Of a stretch of 64,000 nucleotides of DNA, positions 29,295 through 40,282 are shown piece after piece. How positions within the stretch are numbered: the first letter of the stretch is position 1; each line of letters opens with the position of its first letter. The notes beneath the pieces were generated by a model, which had not been told where the DNA came from, did no database searches, and was given only the letters and a program-made list of their open reading frames with translations. Source of the stretch: Candidatus Collierbacteria bacterium. GTDB taxonomy: Bacteria > Patescibacteriota > Microgenomatia > UBA1400 > JACPES01. The position numbers were made by a program, and so were the translations under genes. The DNA lies in contig JACRNH010000024.1 of NCBI GenBank assembly GCA_016219325.1, positions 1,789-65,788 on the forward strand, given 5' to 3'.

Positions 29295-31469
29295 ATGTCT
29301 CCGATAAAAACCCTTTCTGTTTTCTTTCCTGCCTATAACGAAGAAGAAAATATAGTTAACACAGTCTCTCGAGCAATTAACGTTCTTAAGTCTTTAGATC
29401 TTTTCGATTATGAAGTTATTGTGGTTGATGACGGTTCTACCGATAACACCGCCGCCGCGGTGCAAAATATGATTGTTAAGAACTCAAAAATCCGGCTTAT
29501 CCGCCATAGCCGTAATCGAGGTTATGGCGCTGCCCTCAAAACTGGATTTTCTTCTGCCAAGTTCGACTGGATTGCCTTTACCGACTCCGACGGTCAGTTT
29601 GACTTCCGGGAAATAAATAAATTTCTGACCTATGTTCCTAATTACCAAGTCGTCGCCGGCTACCGGGAAAAACGCTCCGACAGTAAATTCCGCCGGATGA
29701 TGGCACGACTTCTGCGAATCTGGGACACCGTCTTATTCGGACTCAATCTGAAAGACGTTGACTGCGGCTTCAAGTTAATCAAAAAATCGGTGATTGATCA
29801 AGTTTTCCCCTTAGTCACCGAAAGCGCCATCACCGAAACCGAAATGATGGCCAAAATTTATCGCGCCGGCTTTCCTATTAAGCAAGTCGGCGTCGCCCAC
29901 CACTCTCGGACCAAAGGCGTCCAAACCGGCGGGAATTACCAGGTTATTTTCAAGGCGATTATTGAAAGCTTCAAACTATTTCTTCATCTTAATCCGTTTT
30001 TTCTCATCCTGACTGTTATTTTGCTAGTTGCGGCTTTCTTGCGCCTATATCGTATAAGGGACTATATTGTTTTTTTAGGCGATGAAGGCCGCGACGCTTT
30101 GGTTTGGCATGACATGGTAGTAAACGGGGAATTTACTTTTTTGGGGCCGACGGCCTCTGTTGGCGGATTTTACTTGGGGCCGATTTATTATTATTTCGCC
30201 CTGCCTTTCTATTTTATTTTTAGGGACCCGGTCGGGCCGGCAATTTTCGTGGCTTTATTGGGGGTAGCCACGGTTTGGCTGGTTTATTTCGTGACCAAAA
30301 GTTGGTTTGGAAAAACTTCGGGACTATTTGCTTCCGGAATATACGCGGTTTCCTCTTTGATCGTCCGTTACTCCAGGGCATCCTGGAATCCGAATCCGGT
30401 GCCATTTTTCTCTTTATTGGGCGTGTATCTGGCCGCAACCGGCGCTAAAGAAAATAAATGGTGGAAGTTGATCGGAGCCGGAATCTGTCTTGGAATTTTG
30501 TGGCAACTTCATTATCTGACTTTACTGATGACGCCCGTTCTTTTTGTAATAATCCTGATATATGGCAATATTGAAGGTCTGACCTTCAATCGCACGATAC
30601 GTCAATCATTTTTATTATTAATAGGTTGGGTTGTTGGTTTTTTTCCGTTTTTGGCATTTGAAATTTATCATAATTTTCCCAATACCAGAACTGTTTTGGA
30701 ATTCGTATCCCGCCCTAACGGTTCTGTTTTTAACTGGGAACTGTTGGGATTATTTAGGTCAGTTTTCCGTAATACTAACCGGCTGACTTTTACAATTTTT
30801 AGTTGGCAGAACGGTCTGGTGACTACATTTACGACTTTGGGGTGGGCGCTGGGAGGAAGCTTAATGATTATTTTTAATAAAAGTGTTCGGGGAAAATTTT
30901 TGTTGAGCCAATCTTTATTGTGGTGGTTTTGGCTGGGGATAACTATTTTTTCACTATATCAAGGAAGCATTTCTGATTATTATTTTGGGTTTCTGTTTCC
31001 GGTTCCGGCCATCTTGCTTGGGGCGGTGGCAGGCTACTTATTTGAAAAAAAATTGTTTGGGAAATTGTTAGTTGGATTTGCGGCCATATGGTTAATTTAT
31101 GATCAGTCCGGCAGACTGTTTTTACGGTTTGAACCCAATAGGCTGCTGCAGCAAACTGAAGCGGTTTCCCACCAGGTTATTACTTTATCCGGAAATGAAC
31201 CTTATAATTTTGCCCTGATAACTTCCGGAAACAGCGATCATGCCTATAGATATTTTTTGGAAAAGTTTAATAGGGGTCCGGTAAAACTCCAGGATTCAAT
31301 TACAGGTCAATTGATAGCGGTTTGCGAGAAACCGGTAGCAGATTGCAATCCATTGGGAAATCCGTTATGGGAAATAGCCGGTTTTGGCCGGGCTGAAGTA
31401 GTAGACTCAAAAATTGTTCCCCCGGGGATTACAATTTACAGGTTAACGCATTATTTCGGTCCGGATTAA
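29295..31469 (+). CDS. Fusion of polyprenyl-phosphate GT2 domain and ArnT/PMT-like GT-C membrane glycosyltransferase
   Basis: N-terminal PAYNEE/DDGS/DSDGQ/DVDCGFK; C-terminal LRLY...GDEGRD...LGP...GPIYYY and WNPN in a multi-TM region. Confidence 0.88.
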   Translation: MSPIKTLSVFFPAYNEEENIVNTVSRAINVLKSLDLFDYEVIVVDDGSTDNTAAAVQNMIVKNSKIRLIRHSRNRGYGAALKTGFSSAKFDWIAFTDSDGQFDFREINKFLTYVPNYQVVAGYREKRSDSKFRRMMARLLRIWDTVLFGLNLKDVDCGFKLIKKSVIDQVFPLVTESAITETEMMAKIYRAGFPIKQVGVAHHSRTKGVQTGGNYQVIFKAIIESFKLFLHLNPFFLILTVILLVAAFLRLYRIRDYIVFLGDEGRDALVWHDMVVNGEFTFLGPTASVGGFYLGPIYYYFALPFYFIFRDPVGPAIFVALLGVATVWLVYFVTKSWFGKTSGLFASGIYAVSSLIVRYSRASWNPNPVPFFSLLGVYLAATGAKENKWWKLIGAGICLGILWQLHYLTLLMTPVLFVIILIYGNIEGLTFNRTIRQSFLLLIGWVVGFFPFLAFEIYHNFPNTRTVLEFVSRPNGSVFNWELLGLFRSVFRNTNRLTFTIFSWQNGLVTTFTTLGWALGGSLMIIFNKSVRGKFLLSQSLLWWFWLGITIFSLYQGSISDYYFGFLFPVPAILLGAVAGYLFEKKLFGKLLVGFAAIWLIYDQSGRLFLRFEPNRLLQQTEAVSHQVITLSGNEPYNFALITSGNSDHAYRYFLEKFNRGPVKLQDSITGQLIAVCEKPVADCNPLGNPLWEIAGFGRAEVVDSKIVPPGITIYRLTHYFGPD

Positions 31470-31471
31470 TT

Positions 31472-32217
31472 ATGCAGCCATTTTTATCTATTGTCATTCC
31501 TTCTTTTAACGAATCTGAAAATATATCCAAAGGAGTATTGGACGAAGTGGAAAATTATTTATCGGACCAAAAATATGAGTGGGAAATAATTTTGGTGGAT
31601 GACGGCTCAACTGACGGAACTTTTGAAAATTTGCAAAGAATAGTTAAAGGAAAAAAGAATTGGAGATTAGTAAAAAGTCTTCATCAGGGTAAAGCCCAAA
31701 CGGTAAAAGCGGGAGTTATGGAAGCAGTGGGAAATCTTGTTTTGTTTACCGATTTTGATCAGGCTACACCATTATCGGAAGTGGAAAAATTGCTGCCGTT
31801 TATGCAAAAAGGTTATGACGTGGCGATAGGGTCGCGGGAAGTGAAGGGGAGCGAACGGTTAAAAGAGCCATGGTACCGGCATTTAATGGGAAAAGTATTT
31901 AACCGGGTGGTCCAAATGTTCGCTATCCGGGGGATATCAGACACCCAATGCGGTTTTAAGCTTTTTGCAAATCATGTTGCTAAAGAATTATTCAATAGTT
32001 TAGTTGTTTATTCTAAAGGATCAGAAACAACTGCTTTTACAGGCGCGTTTGATGTAGAGCTTCTGTATATTTCCCAGAAAAGAGGATATAGGATAGCCGA
32101 AGTTCCGGTTTCCTGGAAATATGTCACAACCGTCAGAGTAAATCCCATCCGCGATTCAGTCAAGATGTTTTTGGATGTTCTCCGTATTCGGATAACTGAT
32201 TTATTCGGAGGCTACAG

Positions 32218-32221
<4 letters not shown>
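31472..32221 (+). CDS. Dolichyl/polyprenyl-phosphate beta-glucosyltransferase-like GT2
   Basis: IPSFNE, DDGSTD, DFDQAT, DTQCGFKLF, FDVELL. Confidence 0.9.
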
Positions 32222-33239
<1,018 letters not shown>

Positions 33240-33264
<25 letters not shown>

Positions 33265-34814
33265 TTTCCATCGCCGTACTTTTATCGCTGACCTTGCCGT
33301 CAATTATTTCCGGTAATTTTACTTTTGTTTTTGATATGGGCCGGGATCAACTCTGGACCAGAAATATGGTGGAACTGAAACGTCCGACCCTAATTGGACC
33401 GTGGGGATCAATCGCCGGAGTCTTTTTCGGCCCACTTTGGTTTTATCTTTTATCAATTCCTTATTTGATTTTTAACGGCGATCCCCGGGCAGCGGTTTTA
33501 CTTCCATTAGTGTCTAATTTGGCGGCAATGATTATCGGTTGGAAAATCCTGCGTAAATATAATCATCCTCTGGCGGCGGATTTTTTCGCGGTTCTATTTG
33601 GCGTTTCTCCCGCGATTGTTGGTTTATCGTCTTTTGCCTTCCACGCTAATTTGTTACCTTTAGCGACATTGTTATTTTTCATTGGTCTGTTTAACTTTCA
33701 CCAACAACCAACAACCAATAACCAACAACTTCTGACAGGCCTCCCCCTTTCCGCCCTCATGGCCAGTTTGTCATTCCATCTTGAGCCCGTCGCCGGAGTG
33801 ATGCTGACAGGATTCTTAACATTGTTTATTCTTGGACGGACCCACTTGCTTAAACTTCGCGTTTTAGTTCTTGCGTTTTTTCTGTTTTCCCTACCTTTCC
33901 TCCCTCAACTCATCTTTGAATTCCGTCACGACTTTATTCAAACAAAATCGTTAACTGCTTATTTTCAGGGGAAGAATCCCAGTTTAATGGGCGAACTGGC
34001 TTTAGACCAAAGAGTAACTGAAAGAATTACCAAATTAGCCGGAACCTTGGCTCATTCTCTTTTTCCGACGGAATTTACATCCGGAAAGTGGATAATATTC
34101 TCGGCATTTATCTTATTGACTGTCGTTTTTCTCAAGAATAAAACTAAGCCTAATGACGATTTTTCCCATTACTCATTACTGTTTACTCTTTACTTCTTAC
34201 TCTTTCATTATTTCGCCTACACCTTTTTATTTCCGGCCGAACTGAAAAATTGGTATTTGTCCGGTTTTATTCCGTTATATATTCTGTCAATGTCGCTGAT
34301 ACTTGAAAATATAAAATTAAAATCAAGGGCGCATGGAGCTTTAATAATTATTTTTACGGTGGTAATCGTTTCAATCAGCATTAACCCCGTCGATAGATTT
34401 TTTGAGATAAAGAAACCAATGCCTCCGGAAACTCTTGGCGCCCAAATGGAAGTAGTCGATTGGATTTATACAAATGCCGTTGCCAAATCCCAACCGTTTG
34501 CGGTCTATACTTATACCCCTCCGGTTTATGATTATCATTATGAATATCTTTTATGGTGGAGGGGAACGAGAAAATATAATTTATTACCGGCTGAATTTAG
34601 TTATCGTCCCGGAGAAACATCTTATTCTCAATATAAAACGGAATTTATGTCAAAACAGTGGAAACCGGAAGACGCCAAACTTATATATTTAATTATTGAG
34701 CCGGATAGTTTGGAAAAAAGATTAACCGGCTGGATGGGAAATTTTCCAAAAGCTACGCAATCGGAAACAAAAGAATTTCCTTCTAAAGTCAAAGTATTGT
34801 TTGGGTCTATATAA
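33240..34814 (+). CDS. ArnT/PMT-like GT-C glycosyltransferase
   Basis: DMGRD...LIGP...GPLWFY, FEFRHDF; multi-TM. Confidence 0.8.
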
Positions 34815-34821
34815 TTAAGAT

Positions 34822-36303
34822 ATGTGGAAACGCAGAGCGTTAATCATTACCGCGATAATAATTCTGTTTTTTTCTTCAAGATTGATTAATTTAACATTAA
34901 TTCCGATTTTTACGGATGAAGCCATTTACATCCGTTGGGGGCAAATTGCGCTTCAGGATCCGGTTCACAGGTTTATTTCTTTGGAAGACGGCAAGCAGCC
35001 GATGTTTGTATGGTTGATGTTGCCGGCATTAAAATGGATTTCAGATCCTTTGATGGCAGGAAGATTAGTATCAGTATTTTCCGGGGCTTTAACTTTAGCG
35101 GGGTTGGTATTATTGTCCTGGAAACTATTCGGCGAAAAAATCGGTTGGTTTACCGGATTTATATACATTATTTCACCGTTTTTTCTTCTTTACGACCGGT
35201 TGGCACTTTATGATTCTTTAACTACGGCCCTGATGGTTTGGGCGCTTTTTCTAACTATCTTATTGGTGGATTTATTAAGGCTGGATATAGCCTTACTTTT
35301 GGGCATGACCATCGGAGCCGGATTTTTAACAAAATCGTCAGCCCAGTTCGCTTTGATTTTGCTTCCTTCAACCTTTTTATTATTTGATTGGAAAACAAAA
35401 GAGAGAAGAAAAAGGCTATTGAAATTAGCAGGACTGGGGATTGTGGTCACATTGTTATCTAAAGGAATCGAGTTGATTCTTAGATTGGCTCCCTTATCTC
35501 ATATGATTGGGTTGAAAGATCATACTTTTATCGTTACAAATCAAGAATTTATTGCCCATCCGTTTGAACGGCTGTTTGGGAATCTGGGCGGCTTATGGAG
35601 CTGGATTCAGTCTTATGCTACTTATCCCTTAATGGTACTTTTTATTGTAGGGATGATATACGGATTGAAAAAACATAGAGTCAAAACGTTATTTTTAAGC
35701 TTATGGTTTTTGGTCCCATTTTTAGCCTTGGCATCATTCGGCAAAGTCCTCTATCCGCGTTATCTATTATTTATGCTCGCTCCTCTCATCCCGATTAGCG
35801 TGTTGGGAATAAAGTATTTATTCATCCTTATTCGTAATTATTCGTATTTATTCGTATTTATTTTATTTATATATCCTGCTTACTTCTCTTATAAAATCAT
35901 TTATGATCCTATCTCTGCCCCGCTTCCTTTAGTTGACAGGTTTCAATTATTGGACGATTGGCCATCAGGTTACGGAATAAGAGAAGTTATTGATTATATT
36001 AATCAAAGATCCAAAACTGAAAAGATTTTTGTCGGGACGGAAGGCACTTTTGGTTTAACGCCGGCTGCTTTGGATATTTACCTTAAAGACAATAAAAACG
36101 TGGAAGTTAAAGGATATTGGCCGGTAGACACCAGTATTCAGGAGCTGACGGAAATTGCCTTAACCGGAAAACCGACCTTTTTATTGTTAAAAGATACTCA
36201 AGTGCCCAAACCTGAATGGCCGGTGGATATAGTCGGAAAATGGCGCAAGGGTAAAGGCGAGGTCTATTCAATATTATTGCAATTTAAATCCGGCGGCCAA
36301 TGA
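34822..36303 (+). CDS. ArnT/PMT-like (GT39/GT83) GT-C glycosyltransferase
   Basis: PIFTDEAIY, GKQP, RLAL.D, LTK, YPRY. Confidence 0.85.
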   Translation: MWKRRALIITAIIILFFSSRLINLTLIPIFTDEAIYIRWGQIALQDPVHRFISLEDGKQPMFVWLMLPALKWISDPLMAGRLVSVFSGALTLAGLVLLSWKLFGEKIGWFTGFIYIISPFFLLYDRLALYDSLTTALMVWALFLTILLVDLLRLDIALLLGMTIGAGFLTKSSAQFALILLPSTFLLFDWKTKERRKRLLKLAGLGIVVTLLSKGIELILRLAPLSHMIGLKDHTFIVTNQEFIAHPFERLFGNLGGLWSWIQSYATYPLMVLFIVGMIYGLKKHRVKTLFLSLWFLVPFLALASFGKVLYPRYLLFMLAPLIPISVLGIKYLFILIRNYSYLFVFILFIYPAYFSYKIIYDPISAPLPLVDRFQLLDDWPSGYGIREVIDYINQRSKTEKIFVGTEGTFGLTPAALDIYLKDNKNVEVKGYWPVDTSIQELTEIALTGKPTFLLLKDTQVPKPEWPVDIVGKWRKGKGEVYSILLQFKSGGQ

Positions 36304-37583
36304 TAACAGCGCTTTTTTTTCTGTTAGCTGCGCTAATTAAGAATTTTACTCAAATTCCGGCCTCTCTTTTTGAGTCGGATCAGGAGACTTTGACAATTGC
36401 CGCCAAGAATATTCTAGGCGGACATTTTAGCCTGATTGGCGCTCCGACCAGCGTCGGGGGAATGTTTATCGCGCCTTTATATAATTATTTTGTCGCCATT
36501 TGGTTATGGATTTTCCGCGGCAGCCCTTATACGGTATCAATTTTAGGAGCAATATGGCTGTCGTTATTGATTCCGGCTATTTATCTGGTAGGAAAAAAAA
36601 TCTATTCTGGGTCAGTAGGAGTTTTCGCGGCGATTATTGCTCTATTGAGCATAAACTTTGTTAACTTTGATCAGGTTCCGCCATTATTATTTCCCCTGCC
36701 CCTGCTTACCGTAATTTTAATTTATGTTTTGGAAACTGAGCCGGCCACTAAATTCAGGAAAGCCATTATCGGCGCGGTCATAGGATTAACTTTAAATCTT
36801 CATTTTTCCGGAGTGTTTTTAGCCCCCTTACTGCTGATTTCCGGAATTTGGGGAAGTTTGGCATTGTTGATTTTGGTTTCGCCGTTAATTTTGTTTGATA
36901 TCCGCCATCAGTGGTGGAACATAGGTCACGCGGTGGAATTTTTAAGTAAAAGCGGAGCGGTAACTTCCCTGTGGTTTCGCCTGGATACTTTTCTGGTATC
37001 GTTCGCGGTTATTTTCGAAGCCGCAGCCGGAGCTGGAATGTTGGTAAAAACCGCGATGGGAGCTGTAATCGTTTGGGGATTTCTGTTCACAAGCCGCAAT
37101 TGGCCAAAAGTAATTTTGGGATTAACGTTTATCTTTTTCATGATTTATGGCGGGAGTCTTATTCCTTATTATGGAATCATTTCCTGGGTGCCGTTTATTT
37201 TGATTGCCGGATGCGGTTTGGAGAGACTGTGGGCGAAAGGGAATTTTATTAAATCAATAATTGTTTTGACGGGAGTGTTTTTCTTAATAATGAATTTTAA
37301 GGCCTTAAGTAACCGTTCGGCGAGTAGGGGGTTGGACAAAAAAATTGCCGCCCTGGAGTTTATTAAAAATGATTTTATAGGCCGGGAAATGTATCTTTCA
37401 ATAAATATGGATCCGGCGGCAAACTTCGGATTTACATATTTAACCGGATATGTTGGGATTAAATCCACTCCGTTTCCGGTTAAGCCTACTTATACTTTGC
37501 TTGCTCCTTACGATTGGTTGAAAGTTAATCCTGATAAGTCGTTTGGGGATTTCGGGGTGTTGATGTCTAGAAGTAATGAGTAA
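36300..37583 (+). CDS. ArnT/PMT-like GT-C glycosyltransferase
   Basis: DQE...LIGAPTSVGG..IAPLYNY, FDIRH; paralogous to 33240 and 56797. Confidence 0.78.
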   Translation: MITALFFLLAALIKNFTQIPASLFESDQETLTIAAKNILGGHFSLIGAPTSVGGMFIAPLYNYFVAIWLWIFRGSPYTVSILGAIWLSLLIPAIYLVGKKIYSGSVGVFAAIIALLSINFVNFDQVPPLLFPLPLLTVILIYVLETEPATKFRKAIIGAVIGLTLNLHFSGVFLAPLLLISGIWGSLALLILVSPLILFDIRHQWWNIGHAVEFLSKSGAVTSLWFRLDTFLVSFAVIFEAAAGAGMLVKTAMGAVIVWGFLFTSRNWPKVILGLTFIFFMIYGGSLIPYYGIISWVPFILIAGCGLERLWAKGNFIKSIIVLTGVFFLIMNFKALSNRSASRGLDKKIAALEFIKNDFIGREMYLSINMDPAANFGFTYLTGYVGIKSTPFPVKPTYTLLAPYDWLKVNPDKSFGDFGVLMSRSNE

Positions 37584-37650
37584 TGAGTAGAAAGTAATGA
37601 GTAATGAATCGTAGGGTTCATTATTTATTACTTTCTATTTTCTACTCATT
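37568..37650. repeat. Inverted pair of 7-mer tandem tracts at gene junction
   Basis: AATGAGT AATGAGT AGAAAGT AATGAGT AATGAAT ... GTTCATT ATTTATT ACTTTCT ATTTTCT ACTCATT. Confidence 0.85.
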
Positions 37651-37654
37651 GTTT

Positions 37655-39118
37655 ATGAAATCGGATAAAACAATGAACTTTCTGACTATAGCTTTTATAA
37701 CCTTTATATCCTTTATCCTGTTTTTTTTCCGGTTGGGGAACACGGCATTAACCAATTGGGACGAGGCCTGGTTTGGCTCGGTAGCCCAGAATATGGCGGA
37801 ATCCGGAAACATTTTGGCCGGCAAGTGGAATGGGCAAATCTTTTTTTATGAACCGCCGCTTTTGGTTTGGTTGTTGAAGGCAACGATTAAACTTTTCGGC
37901 GAAAGCGAATTTTGGTTGAGGTCTGTTAGCGCCATTTCCGGGGTTTTTACAGTCATAGGATGTTATATTCTGGCCAAACAAATCTCTAAGTCAAAACTGG
38001 CGGGGATATTAGCAAGTTTAGTAATTTTGTCTGACATAGAAATTCTATTTCGGAGCCGGCAAATTAATGTTGAAATTCTTCTGACTGTTTTACTGCTGTG
38101 GTCAATTATATTCGCGGTTAAAGCCTATGAAGCAAAAAAAATCATCTGGATAATATCGTCAGCAATTTGTTTGGGTCTGGCATTTTTAACTAAACGGGCA
38201 AGTCCGTTATTAGCTCTTCCGGCAATAGGCTATTTATTCTTTTCGTCATTGACCCGTGAAGCGGGATCCCGCTCTGCGGGACGAGTCCCTTTGTTTATAT
38301 TCTTTATAACATTTACAATAGTTATTTCTCCTTGGTATTTATTAAGTTATTTAAAATGGGGAGACCAATTTATCAATGAATTTTTTATCGGATACACATT
38401 TAATAAAATTAAATCAGTCAATGCCAGTGTCGGAACTTCGCCATTTTTCTATTTAAATTCCCTTAAACACGCTTTTAAACTCTGGACTTTGTTAATTCCG
38501 CTGGCAGCAGTTTGGGGTACGTTAAAAGCTTTTCGTGACCGTAAGATTGCCGGATTGATGATTTTTATTTTAACCTTTCTGATACTCTTGACCGCCGCCC
38601 CGATAAAATCTTCCTGGTTCTTGCTCCCCATCCATCCGATAATTGCCGTAATCTTGGGAATATTCTTGTACAGCTGTCTGAAAAGGCCCGGCCTTGCATC
38701 GCAAGGCCGGGCCTTATTAAACAAATATCTCGTTTTTGCGGGATTATCTTTAATATTCGTTATCGCAACTTATCAACTTTATCACTATCGTCGCGACTAT
38801 ATTGTTCCTGACACTACAAATAATCAGGCCGTGATTTCGAGATTGGCAGGGTCGCTTTCAGAAAACGGAAAGTCAATTTATCTGGATGATGAGTATCTGC
38901 CGGTCGCGGTTTTTTATAGCCGTAAGAACGTTATTCCGTTAAGGTTTAGCCGGACCGAAAATCGGATTCCTAGTTTGGTTGATATCCCCGAAGGAAGTCT
39001 TGTATTGACTAATCTTGGAACATATCCGGTTTTAAAATCAGCTACGGGAATTATTTTTGAGGATATGTTCGCTGTCGGAGACATGTTGTTGGTCAGGTCT
39101 TTGGGCATAAGAATTTAA
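37655..39118 (+). CDS. ArnT-like (GT83) glycosyltransferase
   Basis: WDEA, EPPL, FGESEFWLR, FLTK, PW; start uncertain (37604 lies in the repeat; 37655 or 37673 more likely). Confidence 0.85.
   Translation: MKSDKTMNFLTIAFITFISFILFFFRLGNTALTNWDEAWFGSVAQNMAESGNILAGKWNGQIFFYEPPLLVWLLKATIKLFGESEFWLRSVSAISGVFTVIGCYILAKQISKSKLAGILASLVILSDIEILFRSRQINVEILLTVLLLWSIIFAVKAYEAKKIIWIISSAICLGLAFLTKRASPLLALPAIGYLFFSSLTREAGSRSAGRVPLFIFFITFTIVISPWYLLSYLKWGDQFINEFFIGYTFNKIKSVNASVGTSPFFYLNSLKHAFKLWTLLIPLAAVWGTLKAFRDRKIAGLMIFILTFLILLTAAPIKSSWFLLPIHPIIAVILGIFLYSCLKRPGLASQGRALLNKYLVFAGLSLIFVIATYQLYHYRRDYIVPDTTNNQAVISRLAGSLSENGKSIYLDDEYLPVAVFYSRKNVIPLRFSRTENRIPSLVDIPEGSLVLTNLGTYPVLKSATGIIFEDMFAVGDMLLVRSLGIRI
38252..38281. 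repeat. Family B 30-bp element, in frame
   Basis: ACCCGTGAAGCGGGA-TCCCGCTCTGCGGGA; peptide TREAGSRSAG. Confidence 0.88.
38683..38715. repeat. Family A palindrome, in frame
   Basis: AAGGCCCGGCCTTGC-ATC-GCAAGGCCGGGCCTT; peptide RPGLASQGRAL. Confidence 0.9.
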
Positions 39119-40282
39119 AATCATAAATAAGACGGCAGTAGTTAAAAAATGGCTGGATAGAAGCGGATTAAGACGTAACGGGAGATAAGAGTCTTTGAAA
39201 TAAAAGATAAGCAGAAAATAAGCCAATCCGGAAATTGCCAAATCCAGCATTTTTTTAGTTTTAATCAATTTTGCGACTAGAATTACCCAAAGAGGAATTA
39301 GAAAGACGTAATGGTGTTGCCACACAAACACCGGTAAAAATAACATTGTTATTACAGTTAAATTCCAAAAAGAGATAAAATCTTTTATTCCTTTTGTCAC
39401 TCCTGTCATTCCGGGCTTGACCCGGAATCTATACAAATAATCATTTAAAAAGAAGACCCCCAGGATCCCGCTAATCCCCAATCTTGTTATCGAATTCAAT
39501 TCCCCAAAAATTCCGAATTTCCCCAATAAGGCCGTAACCGATTGATTCATATAGCTTCCATTGAGAGTGGTACGAGTATTTTCGTTCATTAATTGCGGAA
39601 TGGTTTTAAAATAATAATAATAGGTTAAATCCCAACCGAATACGGAAATTCCGGCTATGGTTAATATTCCAATCGTAACCATAAACCACCAAACTGTTCT
39701 CCATCTTTTTCTAAATAAGAAATAAATTAGCAATGGGGCTGGCGTTAATTTTAAAATAGCCGCTAGCCCAAATAATATCCCTGATAAAGCCTCAAAAGGC
39801 CGGACCTTGCTTCGCAAAGTCCGGCCTTTATAAATTTCACAAAAATAATAACTTCCCACGATCAATCCTAAAATAATTAAATTAATTTGTCCCAGCGCCA
39901 GAGTTAATTTAGATGGGTAAGTCTTTAGAGCTAAAACAAAAATTAACCAAAAAATGGATGGGGATAATTTAATTTTTAACAATTCAAAAATCATTTTTAT
40001 GGTGAGCAGTAAGGAAAAAGCCGAAATTGCGGTAAATAAAAATTCGGCCGTATTTTCGGGAATTAAAGTCAACGGAATAAAAAATAGGGTAGCTGCGGGA
40101 GAATAATTGAATCGATCAAAAAACCTTAATTGATACGGGTTAGCCCCACTGAGAGCCGATTTAGTTCCGTCTAAATAAACACTAAAGTCGTTGAGACGGA
40201 AGTTCATGATTAATTGCCCAATGGGAATTACTTGTCTCCAAAGAATTATTGCTACAATCAAGAGTATTAATTTATTAACCAT
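39038..40282 (-). CDS. GT87 (DUF2029)-like GT-C glycosyltransferase
   Basis: DFSVY, NPY, FNYSP, GQIN, K.TP, NQS, WQHH motifs; start at 40282 (MVNKLILL) preferred. Confidence 0.85.
   Translation of the reverse strand: MVNKLILLIVAIILWRQVIPIGQLIMNFRLNDFSVYLDGTKSALSGANPYQLRFFDRFNYSPAATLFFIPLTLIPENTAEFLFTAISAFSLLLTIKMIFELLKIKLSPSIFWLIFVLALKTYPSKLTLALGQINLIILGLIVGSYYFCEIYKGRTLRSKVRPFEALSGILFGLAAILKLTPAPLLIYFLFRKRWRTVWWFMVTIGILTIAGISVFGWDLTYYYYFKTIPQLMNENTRTTLNGSYMNQSVTALLGKFGIFGELNSITRLGISGILGVFFLNDYLYRFRVKPGMTGVTKGIKDFISFWNLTVITMLFLPVFVWQHHYVFLIPLWVILVAKLIKTKKMLDLAISGLAYFLLIFYFKDSYLPLRLNPLLSSHFLTTAVLFMILNSYAQRPDQQHVSDSEHILKNNSRS
39404..39431 (+). repeat. Family D repeat inside GT87 gene (read antisense)
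   Basis: TGTCATTCCGGGCTTGACCCGGAATCTA; peptide RFRVKPGMT. Confidence 0.88.
39795..39829. repeat. Family A palindrome, in frame
   Basis: AAAGGCCGGACCTTGC-TTC-GCAAAGTCCGGCCTTT; peptide KGRTLRSKVRPF. Confidence 0.88.
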
